32,000 bases of DNA from Synechococcus elongatus PCC 6301. Its GTDB lineage: Bacteria; Cyanobacteriota; Cyanobacteriia; Synechococcales; Synechococcaceae. Below are positions 17,578-26,617 of this stretch, piece after piece. Position 1 is the stretch's first letter. Every line of letters begins with the position of its first letter. The notes under the pieces are model-generated. The model ran no database searches, was not told the origin of the DNA, and saw nothing but the letters and a program-made list of their open reading frames with translations. The stretch lies in the NCBI RefSeq assembly GCF_000010065.1, contig NC_006576.1, positions 1,530,001 through 1,562,000 on the forward strand, given 5' to 3'. The translations under genes were made by a program, and so were the position numbers.

Positions 17578-17686
17578 ACGATTGGCCCATCTTCCCAATG
17601 GTTGCAATTGGCGATCGCGGCTTCGAAAAGCTGCGGGCGATCGAGCGAAGCCGCTAATCTGAAAAAGCGTCTCTGCAGCATCATCG

Positions 17687-18883
17687 ATGGACACAAAAGC
17701 TTTTAAGCGGGCCTTGCACCAGTCCGATCGCTATAACCGCAAAGGCTTTGGCAAAACCACCGATGTCTCGGGCGCTCTTGAGTCGGCCTATCAAAGCGAC
17801 TTGATTCAAAGCTTGCGCCAGAATGGCTACCGTCTGCAGCGTGGCGAAATCACCATTCGCCTCGCCGAAGCTTTTGGCTTTTGCTGGGGCGTAGAGCGAG
17901 CCGTCGCGATCGCCTACGAAACGCGTCAGCACTTTCCCCAAGAGCGGATCTGGATTACCAACGAGATCATCCACAATCCCTCGGTCAACCAGCATCTACG
18001 CGAGATGAGCGTCGAGTTTATTCCCTGTGAGCGGGGCGAGAAGGATTTTTCCGTCGTCGATCGCGGTGATGTCGTGATTCTGCCGGCCTTTGGGGCCAGC
18101 GTGCAGGAAATGCAGCTGCTCGATGAGAAAGGCTGCCATATCGTCGACACCACCTGCCCTTGGGTTTCCAAGGTCTGGAACACCGTCGAAAAACATAAGC
18201 GCGGTGCTCACACTTCAATCATTCACGGCAAGTACAACCACGAAGAGACGGTCGCCACCAGCTCCTTTGCCGAAACTTATCTGGTTGTGCTGAATCTGGA
18301 GCAAGCGCAGTACGTCTGCGACTACATCCTTAACGGTGGCGATCGCGACGAGTTTATGACGCGCTTTGGCAAGGCTTGCTCGGCCGGTTTTGACCCCGAT
18401 CGCGATCTGGAGCGGATCGGCATTGCCAACCAGACAACGATGTTGAAGAGCGAAACCGAAGCAATCGGCAAACTATTTGAACGGACGCTGCTGAAGAAGT
18501 ACGGCCCCCAAGCGCTCAACGATCACTTTTTGGCCTTCAACACCATCTGCGATGCCACCCAAGAGCGCCAAGACGCGATGTTCCAACTGGTTGAGGAACC
18601 GCTGGATTTGATCGTGGTGATCGGTGGCTTTAACTCCTCCAACACCACTCACTTGCAAGAAATTGCGATCGAGCGCCAGATTCCCTCCTTCCATATCGAC
18701 GCGGCAGAACGGATTGGCCCCGGCAACCGGATCGAGCACAAACCGCTCCACACGGACCTGACCACGACAGAGCCCTGGCTACCGGCGGGCCCGCTGACCA
18801 TTGGCATCACCTCCGGGGCTTCAACCCCCGACAAAGTGGTGGAGGACGTGATTGAGCGACTCTTTGATCTGCAGCGGTCCTAG
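17687..18883 (+). CDS. ispH: 4-hydroxy-3-methylbut-2-enyl diphosphate reductase (cyanobacterial/plant long form)
   Basis: [39 protein letters not shown] (the three Fe-S Cys regions) and TSGASTP. 398 aa, with the N-terminal extension typical of cyanobacterial IspH. Confidence 0.95.
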
Positions 18884-18922
18884 CTTTTGGCTTCCCCTGC
18901 TGCCAGCTCTTGCCTAGAGTGA

Positions 18923-19576
18923 GTGACAGTCTCTGCTTTTGTCTTGCTGCTGTGTCGCCGCGCGATCGTGACTCTCGACTCCACCCCCGCCTTTAGTACC
19001 GATCCCGAACTGATCTGCTTTAGCAGTCGGTTTCAGGACGAGATGGAGATGTACGCTCCGGCAGAGGTCGTCGCTCACTATCTCGATCGCCACGAGGAAT
19101 GGTTCCGGCGCTGCGCCGAACCGATGGCCACTACCTCGATCGGCAAGGATGCCTACGCGATCGTGTTGGGGCGCTATGGATCTCTGGGCTTTGAGGTCGA
19201 GCCGCAGATTGGCCTTGAGCTATTACCCGCTGATCAAGGGGTCTACCGGATTTGCACTGTGCCGGTACCGGGCTATGAGTCCCAAGGCTATCAAGTCGAT
19301 TTTCAGGCCTCGCTCAGCCTCGATCGCCTCACCCACGAAACCGAAGCACCCGTCACCGAAGCGACCGCAGTGGCTTGGGATCTACTGCTGACCGTGGGGA
19401 TTCGCCTGCCGCGCTTTATCCACGTGCTGCCCCAGAAGCTGGTGCACAGCACCGGTGACCATCTGTTGCGGCAAATTGTGCGCCAGACCTCACGCCGCTT
19501 GACGCACCGCGTTCAAGAAGACTTTCATCAGCAACTGAATTTGCCGCTGCCGCCCCGTCGTCACGCGCGTTTCTGA
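18923..19576 (+). CDS. hypothetical protein, DUF1997-like
   Basis: Size and N-terminal pattern (F..RF...M.MYAPAEVVAHYLDRHEEWF) resemble cyanobacterial DUF1997 proteins as I recall them. Start is uncertain (GTG at 18923 or 18968). Confidence 0.5.
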   Translation: MTVSAFVLLLCRRAIVTLDSTPAFSTDPELICFSSRFQDEMEMYAPAEVVAHYLDRHEEWFRRCAEPMATTSIGKDAYAIVLGRYGSLGFEVEPQIGLELLPADQGVYRICTVPVPGYESQGYQVDFQASLSLDRLTHETEAPVTEATAVAWDLLLTVGIRLPRFIHVLPQKLVHSTGDHLLRQIVRQTSRRLTHRVQEDFHQQLNLPLPPRRHARF

Positions 19577-19743
19577 CGCTCTAGCTGGCTGGAACTCTGG
19601 GCGATCGCAGCCGTCTTCAGTCGATCAATCCGCTCGACAAGCCTGATTTCGTTCCCTCTAGCGACGCAGCGGCCCATCTTTGCCGACTTGTGATTACCAC
19701 CAAGCCTTGATCTCAGCGGCAAGGCGTAGGTCAATGGAAAGCA

Positions 19744-20943
19744 ATGTGCTCTTCTTCAGAGTGTCCGGTGACGTCTATCCCCGCCTTTAATCTGACTGAG
19801 CAGTACCGCCGTATCGGTGCTGAGCTAGAAACTGCGACAGCCAAGGTCTTAGCCTCGGGGGGCTACATCGGCGGACAGACTGTTGCGGACTTTGAAGCGG
19901 CTTTTGCAGCGGCCATGGGTGTGACGGAAGCCGTGGGCTGCAATTCGGGCACCGATGCGCTGCATCTAGCACTGCGGGCATTAGACATCGGGCCTGGGGA
20001 CGAAGTCATCACTTCGCCGTTTACCTTTTTTGCCTCTGCAGAAGCGATTAGTTTGGCGGGGGCCACACCCGTCCTAGTCGACATCGAACCCCAGTTCTTC
20101 AACCTCGACTATCGCCAGATCGAAGCAGCGATTACCCCGCGCACCAAGGCGATTATTCCCGTTCATCTGTTCGGCCATCCGGCGGCGATGTCGGAGATTA
20201 TGGCGATTGCCCGAGCCCACAATCTGCGCGTGATTGAGGATTGTGCCCAAGCGACGGGAGCAACTTGGCAGGGTCAGCCGGTTGGCAGCTTTGGCGACTG
20301 TGGCTGCTTTAGCTTCTATCCGACCAAAAATTTGGGGGCCTGCGGCGATGGCGGCCTCGTCACAACCAAGAATCCTGAAGTGGCCGATCGCCTGCGATCG
20401 CTGCGTCAGCATGGCATGCGGGTGCGCTACTACCACGATGAGATCGGCCTGAATAGCCGTTTGGATGCGCTGCAGGCGGTGATTCTCTCGATTAAGCTGC
20501 GCTACTTGGATGAGTGGAATCAGCAGCGCCAAGCGATCGCGCAGCGCTATGGCGAAGCGATCGCCGCGATTCCCGGTCTGGTCGCCCCCAGCGTGCACGC
20601 CGATGCCGTCCATGTCTGGCACCAATACACGGTGCGGGTGCAGGCCTGTGGCGATCGCAGCCGCTGTGTCAGTCATCCCTGCGATCGCCAAGGACTTTGC
20701 CGCGACTGGCTGCAACAACAACTGCAAGCCCAAGGCATTGGCTCGATGATCTACTACCCCGTGCCTGTGCATCTGCAGCAGGCCTACAGCCAGTTAGGCT
20801 ACAAGACTGGCGACTTCCCTGAAGCCGAGCGTGCCGCCCAAGAAGTCCTGTCGCTGCCGATGTTCCCGGAACTCAACGAGGATGATCAGGCTCGGGTGAT
20901 CACGGCTCTGAAGGATCTGGCGATCGCAGCCGTCCAGTCCTAG
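19744..20943 (+). CDS. DegT/DnrJ/EryC1/StrS-family PLP-dependent sugar aminotransferase
   Basis: DLTEQY-type N-terminus, GCNSGTDALHLAL, PVHLFG, active-site Lys in SFYPTKNLGACGDGG, and C-terminal LSLPMFPEL. Confidence 0.9.
   Translation: MCSSSECPVTSIPAFNLTEQYRRIGAELETATAKVLASGGYIGGQTVADFEAAFAAAMGVTEAVGCNSGTDALHLALRALDIGPGDEVITSPFTFFASAEAISLAGATPVLVDIEPQFFNLDYRQIEAAITPRTKAIIPVHLFGHPAAMSEIMAIARAHNLRVIEDCAQATGATWQGQPVGSFGDCGCFSFYPTKNLGACGDGGLVTTKNPEVADRLRSLRQHGMRVRYYHDEIGLNSRLDALQAVILSIKLRYLDEWNQQRQAIAQRYGEAIAAIPGLVAPSVHADAVHVWHQYTVRVQACGDRSRCVSHPCDRQGLCRDWLQQQLQAQGIGSMIYYPVPVHLQQAYSQLGYKTGDFPEAERAAQEVLSLPMFPELNEDDQARVITALKDLAIAAVQS
20649..20690. repeat. 42-nt HIP1-bounded perfect palindromic element inside the DegT coding sequence
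   Basis: TGGCGATCGCAG (20649-20660) is the exact reverse complement of CTGCGATCGCCA (20679-20690). The spacer is 18 nt. The element is in frame and encodes GDRSRCVSHPCDR. Confidence 0.85.
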
Positions 20944-20944
20944 C

Positions 20945-21505
20945 ATGCTGGCTCCTTGGCGATCGCCCCTGGCGCGGGCGTTGCATCGCAATCGGGCTCA
21001 GCCCCAAAGCCGCTACTTTCAGCTAGCCACTGTGACAACTGAGGGCAAAGCTGCCAACCGCACCGTGGTCTTTCGGGGATTTCTGGAGCCAAATCGGCTG
21101 CAGCTGTTCACCGATGCGCGATCGGCCAAGCTGATGCAGTTAGCAGCGGGCTGTGAGATCTGCTGGTACTTCGCCAAGACCCGCGAGCAATTTCGAATTC
21201 AAGGTGAGATCGCCGCTGTGACTGCCGCAGATTCAGGCGATTTGCAAGCCGCCCGACAGCAACTCTGGCAGCGTTTGAGTCTGGCAGCGCGACAGCAGCT
21301 CTACTGGCCACAACCTGGAGCTGTGTGGGAAGAAGCCGCGATCGCCTCTGAAGTTGAGGATCTCGATCAGCTGCCAGAGAACTTTGTCTTGCTGGTAATT
21401 CGCCCGATCGCGGTCGATCATTTGCAACTGGCACCCGACCCCCAAGAACGCTGGTCTTACTGGCAGCACGAATCAGACTGGCGGCGGCAGCGCTTGAATC
21501 CCTAG
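20945..21505 (+). CDS. pyridoxamine 5'-phosphate oxidase-like FMN-binding protein (Alr4036-type)
   Basis: WRSPLARALHRNRAQPQSRYFQLATV...RTVVFRGF matches the PPOX-class Alr4036 family pattern. ATG lies 1 nt after the DegT stop. Confidence 0.7.
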   Translation: MLAPWRSPLARALHRNRAQPQSRYFQLATVTTEGKAANRTVVFRGFLEPNRLQLFTDARSAKLMQLAAGCEICWYFAKTREQFRIQGEIAAVTAADSGDLQAARQQLWQRLSLAARQQLYWPQPGAVWEEAAIASEVEDLDQLPENFVLLVIRPIAVDHLQLAPDPQERWSYWQHESDWRRQRLNP

Positions 21506-21507
21506 CC

Positions 21508-21804
21508 TCAGGGAATTGAGTGAGGGCGCGGGGCAGTCAGTGTTTCGTAGGCGGCGATGCCTAGATCGGCGGGCATCCCGCAGGAGAGTGCTACTTCCCC
21601 CAAACAATCGAGGGGCGGTCGCTGCTGACTGCTGGCAAATTGTTGCAGGCGATCGCAGAACTGATAGCCCATCTGAATCAGCCGCTGGATTTCGCTGAGG
21701 GCGAGCAACGACTCCACCTCAGCTGCGCTAATCTGTTGCCCCACTTGTCGCAGGCGGGCATTGAGCACCCGTTCCACGAAGCGGCATTCCTGTTCCTGCG
21801 ACAT
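21508..21804 (-). CDS. hypothetical protein
   Basis: 98-codon ORF filling the gap tail-to-tail with the preceding gene and divergent from the ABC operon. No motif recognised. Confidence 0.4.
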   Translation of the reverse strand: MSQEQECRFVERVLNARLRQVGQQISAAEVESLLALSEIQRLIQMGYQFCDRLQQFASSQQRPPLDCLGEVALSCGMPADLGIAAYETLTAPRPHSIP

Positions 21805-21938
21805 GTCAACCTGCCCCCGCCAGCAATTGGCGGTGATCGGTGCGCGTTCAGCTGCCTGAGAGGGGACTTCACAGCGCTACACTGGCCAGCGTCAGGGGCT
21901 CAGTGCTGACTGGCAGACCGATCCCCAGCGTCCTAGGC

Positions 21939-22892
21939 ATGATTGAAGTCGAACAACTGACTCAGCAGTATGGTGCCCGCGCTGCCATCCAAGACCTTAC
22001 TTTTCGGGTTGAAGCGGGCGAAATCTTGGGTTTTTTAGGCCCGAATGGCGCAGGTAAGACGACTACGCTACGCATTTTGGCGGCAGCACAACCCGCCAGC
22101 CGAGGCACAGCCCGCATTGCCGGCTGGGACGTGCATCGACAAGCGCAGGCAGTACGGCAACGGATCGGCTACCTGCCGGAAATTCCGCCGCTCTACCCTG
22201 AGATGACAGTGCAGGCTTACCTTAGCTTTGTGGCGCGACTCAAGGGTGTGGTAGCCGGCGATCGCCCGCAACGGTTAGCCGAGACCCTGCAGCGCTGTGG
22301 TCTCAACGATCGCGCTCAAACGCCGATTCGCAAGCTCTCCAAGGGCTATCGGCAACGGGTGGGCTTGGCTCAGGCGATCGTCCATGATCCGCCGGTGATT
22401 TTGCTAGATGAACCAACTGTTGGCCTCGACCCCCGCCAGTTGCAAGAGGTGCGATCGCTGATTCGCAGTTTGGCGGGCGAGAAGACCGTGATTTTCTCGA
22501 GCCATATCCTGTCTGAAGTCAGTCAAGTGAGCGATCGCGTCGTCATCCTCAACCAAGGGCGCCTAGTGACAACCACGGCAACACGGGAGCTGCTACAGCA
22601 AGGCGGCTGGCACTATCGCCTTGAAGTCAGTGGCGATCGCAATCCCTTGGCAGTTTTACAAAGTCTGGATGGGGTGCAGTCAGTCCAGATGCAAGCCCAA
22701 ACTGGCGATCGCTGGATTATTAGCCTCACCAGTCAGGCCGACCAAGAGATTGGCGCAGCGATCGCAGCCACCATCCAGCAGCAGGGTGGGCAACTCTGGG
22801 AACTGCGGCGCGATCGCCCCAGTCTGGAAGAGATTTTCCTGCGGCTGACTGCCCCAGTCCCGCTGAACCCGTCCGAGGAACCGGCAGAATAA
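21939..22892 (+). CDS. ABC transporter ATP-binding protein (ABC-2 / GldA-like)
   Basis: ATG at 21939 (MIEVEQLTQQYG) is preferred to the track start at 21840. Walker A GPNGAGKTT, signature LSKGYRQR, Walker B ILLDEPTVGLD. Confidence 0.9.
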   Translation: MIEVEQLTQQYGARAAIQDLTFRVEAGEILGFLGPNGAGKTTTLRILAAAQPASRGTARIAGWDVHRQAQAVRQRIGYLPEIPPLYPEMTVQAYLSFVARLKGVVAGDRPQRLAETLQRCGLNDRAQTPIRKLSKGYRQRVGLAQAIVHDPPVILLDEPTVGLDPRQLQEVRSLIRSLAGEKTVIFSSHILSEVSQVSDRVVILNQGRLVTTTATRELLQQGGWHYRLEVSGDRNPLAVLQSLDGVQSVQMQAQTGDRWIISLTSQADQEIGAAIAATIQQQGGQLWELRRDRPSLEEIFLRLTAPVPLNPSEEPAE

Positions 22893-22896
22893 CAGC

Positions 22897-23706
22897 ATGC
22901 AACGCCTTCATCTGCTGCGCGATCGCGCCGGCGTCGTTCTCTACGAACGAGAGCTACGCAGTTATTTTGGATCGCCGTTTTTTTATGGCATTGCCGGCGC
23001 TTTTTGGCTGCTGGCAGGTTTTTTCTTCAACGTGCAACTGCAGAGCCTGCTCAGTCAGCTCGCTGCTTTTGACCAACAGGGCGGTGCCACTATCACCCAG
23101 CCGATCGATGCCCCTTATCTGCTGATTCAGAACTTCATGGGAGTGCTGGGCTTTCTGCTGCTGTTGCTGCTGCCGATGCTGTCGATGGGGCTCTACACCG
23201 AGGAACGCAAACGCACCACCTTGGAATTGCTACTGACGGCTCCCGTGCGGAATTGGACGGTGGCGATCGCCAAGCTCCTAGCAGTGTTGACGGCCGTTGT
23301 GGGCCTCCTGCTACCAATCGCCCTCTACGAAGCGATCGCCCTTGGATCCTCTAGCCCGGCGCTTTCGCCTTGGATCTTCCTCTCGGGCTATGTCGGCTTA
23401 CTACTCCTCGCGGCGGCTGTTCTGTCCTTAGGCATGTTCCTGTCCTCGTTGACCGACAGCACGGTTTTGGCTGCCATTTTGAGCTTCCTGCTGGTGCTGG
23501 CGCTCTGGGCCCTGGATAGCTTGGGCGGCAGCGTGAGTGGCGCGATCGGGGATATCAGTCGTCATCTGTCACTGTTGCAGCAATACAGCCAGTGGGTGGA
23601 AGGGCAGGTGAGTAGCGCCAGCGTCATTCTCTTTGCCAGCGCGATCGGCTTGGGCTTGTTCCTAACAGCTCAATCCGTGGAACTGTTGCGCGTGCGGCGA
23701 GGTTAA
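22897..23706 (+). CDS. ABC-2 type transporter permease (GldF-like)
   Basis: Six hydrophobic helices, 269 aa. The start is 4 nt after the ATPase stop. Confidence 0.8.
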   Translation: MQRLHLLRDRAGVVLYERELRSYFGSPFFYGIAGAFWLLAGFFFNVQLQSLLSQLAAFDQQGGATITQPIDAPYLLIQNFMGVLGFLLLLLLPMLSMGLYTEERKRTTLELLLTAPVRNWTVAIAKLLAVLTAVVGLLLPIALYEAIALGSSSPALSPWIFLSGYVGLLLLAAAVLSLGMFLSSLTDSTVLAAILSFLLVLALWALDSLGGSVSGAIGDISRHLSLLQQYSQWVEGQVSSASVILFASAIGLGLFLTAQSVELLRVRRG

Positions 23707-23710
23707 ATCC

Positions 23711-25225
23711 ATGCAACTTTGGGGTCGCCGCCTACGGCACTGGGGGCCGGGACTGGGGATTGGGCTAGCTGTGGCGGCTCTTGGCTTTGCTTTCATCCGC
23801 GGCGTGCAGCCCGGCGCGATCGCCCTTTTTCTGCTTGGCAGCGCGATCGCCCTGTCTAGCTGGCTTTTCAGCCTGAATTGGCAGCAACGCAGTCTGCGAT
23901 CGGGGGCAACCGCAGCGGGCACCACGGCCTTGATCCTACTGCTGCTCATCCTGCTCAATTGGGGGGCCGTACGTTGGGATCGCCGCCTTGATTTGACTGA
24001 AGCGCAGCTCAACAGCTTGGCGCCAGAATCCCAGCAAGTTGTCTCGCAACTGCAGCAACCACTGACGCTCTGGTTCTTCTCAGCACAACCCGATCCGAGT
24101 CTTCAAAAGCTGGTCCAGCTCTACCAGCGCCAAAGTCCACAACTGAAATTTGAACGGGTCGATCGCCAGCAACGACCCGATTTGGCTCAGCGGTTGGGGG
24201 TCAAAGATGAAGGTGACTTGATTCTGGAGCAGGGCGATCGCCGTCAGTTTCTGGTCAATCAAGCAGTTACGCCTCTGAGTGAAGCTCGTCTAACGACCGC
24301 GATCGCGAACCTCCAGCAAACCTCAATCACACCGCTCTACTGGTTGCAAGGCCACGGAGAACCCGCGCCGGAAGCCTTAGCTGCTGCCAAGCAAGCTTTG
24401 AGCGATCGCGGCTACACCGTGCGCCCGCTCAACCTCGCCAGTCAGCTCGCTACAGGACAGACTGAGATTCCTGAGGATGCAGCGTTGGTGGCAATCGTCG
24501 CACCAGAGCGGCCCTTACTCGCGACCGAAGTCGCTAGTCTGCAACGCTACATCGATCGCGGCGGGCGGTTAGCTGTGTTTGCACCGCCTGGCCCCGATAA
24601 CGGTCTAGCACCGCTACTCCAACCCTGGGGACTGACGCTCGATCCGCGATCGGTAATCGACAGCAGTTCAGGTGCGATCGCCGGATTTGGTCCCGAAGCA
24701 CCCTTGGTCGATCGCTATGGCAACCATCCAATCACCCAAGCTTTTGGCAATGGCGTTTCTTTCTTCCCCAAAGCAGGCGCGATTTTGATTGCAGAAAAAC
24801 CCGAGATCCAAGTCGATCCGCTGCTGATTAGCAACGATCGCAGTTGGGCAGAGGCGGATTTGAGCGACACCGTCGGCTTTGATCCGGCCCGTGATCTCCG
24901 GGGACCGCTTGCCCTTGCTGCGGCTGCTAGTCGCAAGACAGGCAATCAAGAGGCGCGGATTGTGGTTTTTGGCAGCAGTCAATTCTTGCAAGATCGCCTA
25001 TTCAATCAGCAGCTCAATGGCGATGTCTTCCTGAATAGCGTCGGCTGGTTGAGCGATCGTCAAGCCGAAACCTTGAGCATTCGTCCGCGCCAAAGTCGCG
25101 ATCGCCGTCTGCTGCTGACGGGCTGGCGGGCCACGCTGGTGACTTGGCTTTCCTTAATCCTCGTGCCTCTCGCTGGTTGGGGGGCTGCGGGTTGGCTCAC
25201 TTGGCAGCGGCGACGCGCTCTATGA
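23711..25225 (+). CDS. ABC transporter auxiliary component (GldG-like)
   Basis: N-terminal TM helices, a large soluble middle region and a single C-terminal TM helix followed by QRRR. It follows the permease by 4 nt. The architecture matches GldG-type proteins. Confidence 0.7.
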   Translation: MQLWGRRLRHWGPGLGIGLAVAALGFAFIRGVQPGAIALFLLGSAIALSSWLFSLNWQQRSLRSGATAAGTTALILLLLILLNWGAVRWDRRLDLTEAQLNSLAPESQQVVSQLQQPLTLWFFSAQPDPSLQKLVQLYQRQSPQLKFERVDRQQRPDLAQRLGVKDEGDLILEQGDRRQFLVNQAVTPLSEARLTTAIANLQQTSITPLYWLQGHGEPAPEALAAAKQALSDRGYTVRPLNLASQLATGQTEIPEDAALVAIVAPERPLLATEVASLQRYIDRGGRLAVFAPPGPDNGLAPLLQPWGLTLDPRSVIDSSSGAIAGFGPEAPLVDRYGNHPITQAFGNGVSFFPKAGAILIAEKPEIQVDPLLISNDRSWAEADLSDTVGFDPARDLRGPLALAAAASRKTGNQEARIVVFGSSQFLQDRLFNQQLNGDVFLNSVGWLSDRQAETLSIRPRQSRDRRLLLTGWRATLVTWLSLILVPLAGWGAAGWLTWQRRRAL

Positions 25226-25341
25226 ATTCTTCCGCAATGTTTCTGACGTTCCTTCCGCTCCTCGGTAGAATTGGAGAGCGTTTCTTTACCTTGTTGAAGA
25301 ATCGCGCGTTGCTTTCAACATTTCCCGTCTCCCGGTTCTGA

Positions 25342-25896
25342 ATGGCTCTACCTCCCCAACCGAACAGCGCTCGCAACCTTCGCAATCTCCCCCAGATCAA
25401 CGAACGCATTCGCTTCCCGAAAATTCGTGTCGTCGATACTGATGGGGCCCAACTCGGAATTTTGACCCCTGCAGAAGCGCTACGGATTGCCGAGGAGAAA
25501 GAACTCGATTTAGTACTGGTCAGTGATAAGGCCGACCCACCGGTTTGCCGGATTATGGATTACGGCAAGTATAAATTTGAGCAAGAAAAACGCGCTCGAG
25601 AAGCGCGCAAGAAGCAGCATAACGTCGAAGTTAAAGAAGTGAAGATGCGCTACAAGATCGACGAGCACGACTATCAAGTGCGCGTCAATCAGGCTCAGCG
25701 CTTCCTCAAAGCCGGCGACAAAGTCAAAGCCACGATTACTTTCCGGGGGCGTGAAATTCAGCACACGGACTTGGCTCAGCAGTTGTTGATGCGCCTTGCC
25801 AGCGATCTCAAGGAGCTGGGCGAAGTCCAGCAAGCACCGAAGAAAGAAGGCCGCAACATGATGATGATGCTCGGGCCGAAGAAAGCGGGTAGCTAG
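25342..25896 (+). CDS. infC: translation initiation factor IF-3
   Basis: [50 protein letters not shown] and the C-domain [17 protein letters not shown]...ITFRGRE. The start codon is not certain. Confidence 0.9.
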   Translation: MALPPQPNSARNLRNLPQINERIRFPKIRVVDTDGAQLGILTPAEALRIAEEKELDLVLVSDKADPPVCRIMDYGKYKFEQEKRAREARKKQHNVEVKEVKMRYKIDEHDYQVRVNQAQRFLKAGDKVKATITFRGREIQHTDLAQQLLMRLASDLKELGEVQQAPKKEGRNMMMMLGPKKAGS

Positions 25897-25922
25897 TCAA
25901 TCTTGCGTCATTGAACTCAACA

Positions 25923-25957
25923 AAGAGTGAGTAGGAAGTGATTTCTACTCACTTTTG
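25923..25957 (+). terminator. rho-independent terminator downstream of infC
   Basis: 9-bp perfect stem AGTGAGTAG (25926-25934) / CTACTCACT (25945-25953), extendable by A:T pairs. 10-nt loop, followed by TTTTG. It lies about 27 nt after the infC stop. Confidence 0.6.
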
Positions 25958-26012
25958 CTATGGCGCGATCGCCAGTCATCCCAAGCTTGCTTCCGATGTC
26001 TAGCCCGAGTTC

Positions 26013-26180
26013 ATGAAAACCGACAAGCTGTTCTACGCGATCTTTGCGACTTTGCCGGATTTGGTAACGGAGCTAGTGGATGGCATTCCCCCTGCAGCTC
26101 GCTATCGCTTCGCTGCCCTGATAGTTAAGCTCGTCGGTCAAGCACCCCCTCCTCAACACAGCTCACCATTGACTGGGTGA
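26013..26180 (+). pseudogene. truncated N-terminal stub of a DUF2887 / Rpn-family (PD-(D/E)XK nuclease, putative transposase) gene
   Basis: 55-codon ORF, below the track cutoff. MKTDKLFYAIFATLPDLVTELVDGIPPAARYRFAALIVK matches the conserved MKTD.(I/L)FY..F...P.....EL N-terminus of cyanobacterial DUF2887 proteins, which I recall as several-fold longer. Similarity is lost after about residue 40. Confidence 0.5.
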
Positions 26181-26617
26181 TTCCGGGACGACTGGCAATC
26201 GGCCCATTGCCCCACGAGCAGCAGCGATCGCAGTTTGAGCAGGAGAATATCCAGGCGGTTCTTTCCCTTTGCGCTCCCCAAGAAGGTCCTATCCCAGAAT
26301 GGATTCAGATTCGGCAATGGCAGCGCTGCATCTTACCCGACAGTTATTGCAACAAGCTGATCAGTGTTGAGCAAATAACTACTGCCGTTGAGCAGCTCCA
26401 TCAGTTAATCCTCACGAGCCCACCGGTCTACATTCACTGCATTGCCTCAATTGAGCGATCGCCTTTGATCACGCTGGCCTATCTCTGTCGCCATCGAGGA
26501 TTGGAATTTTGGGAAGCCCTGAGTTATTTACAGCAAGTTCATCGAGCGACTCGGCCGACTGATACTCAGATAAGAGTGCTCCAGCAGTATCTTCGCCGTG
26601 GATCGGATCAGGCTTAG
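26177..26617 (+). CDS. dual-specificity / Cys-based protein phosphatase-like protein
   Basis: CX5R signature in VYIHCIASIERSPLITLAYL, and N-terminal WVIPGRLAIGPLP typical of small DSPs. GTG start at 26177; the frame is open from 26129 but contains no ATG. Confidence 0.7.
   Translation: MIPGRLAIGPLPHEQQRSQFEQENIQAVLSLCAPQEGPIPEWIQIRQWQRCILPDSYCNKLISVEQITTAVEQLHQLILTSPPVYIHCIASIERSPLITLAYLCRHRGLEFWEALSYLQQVHRATRPTDTQIRVLQQYLRRGSDQA

Noticed and set aside
21817-21833. Inverted repeat CCGCCA-GCAAT-TGGCGG in the divergent region upstream of the ABC-2 operon as an operator.
   Set aside because: It is a short 6-bp stem of a kind expected by chance in GC-rich intergenic DNA, and there is no supporting context.
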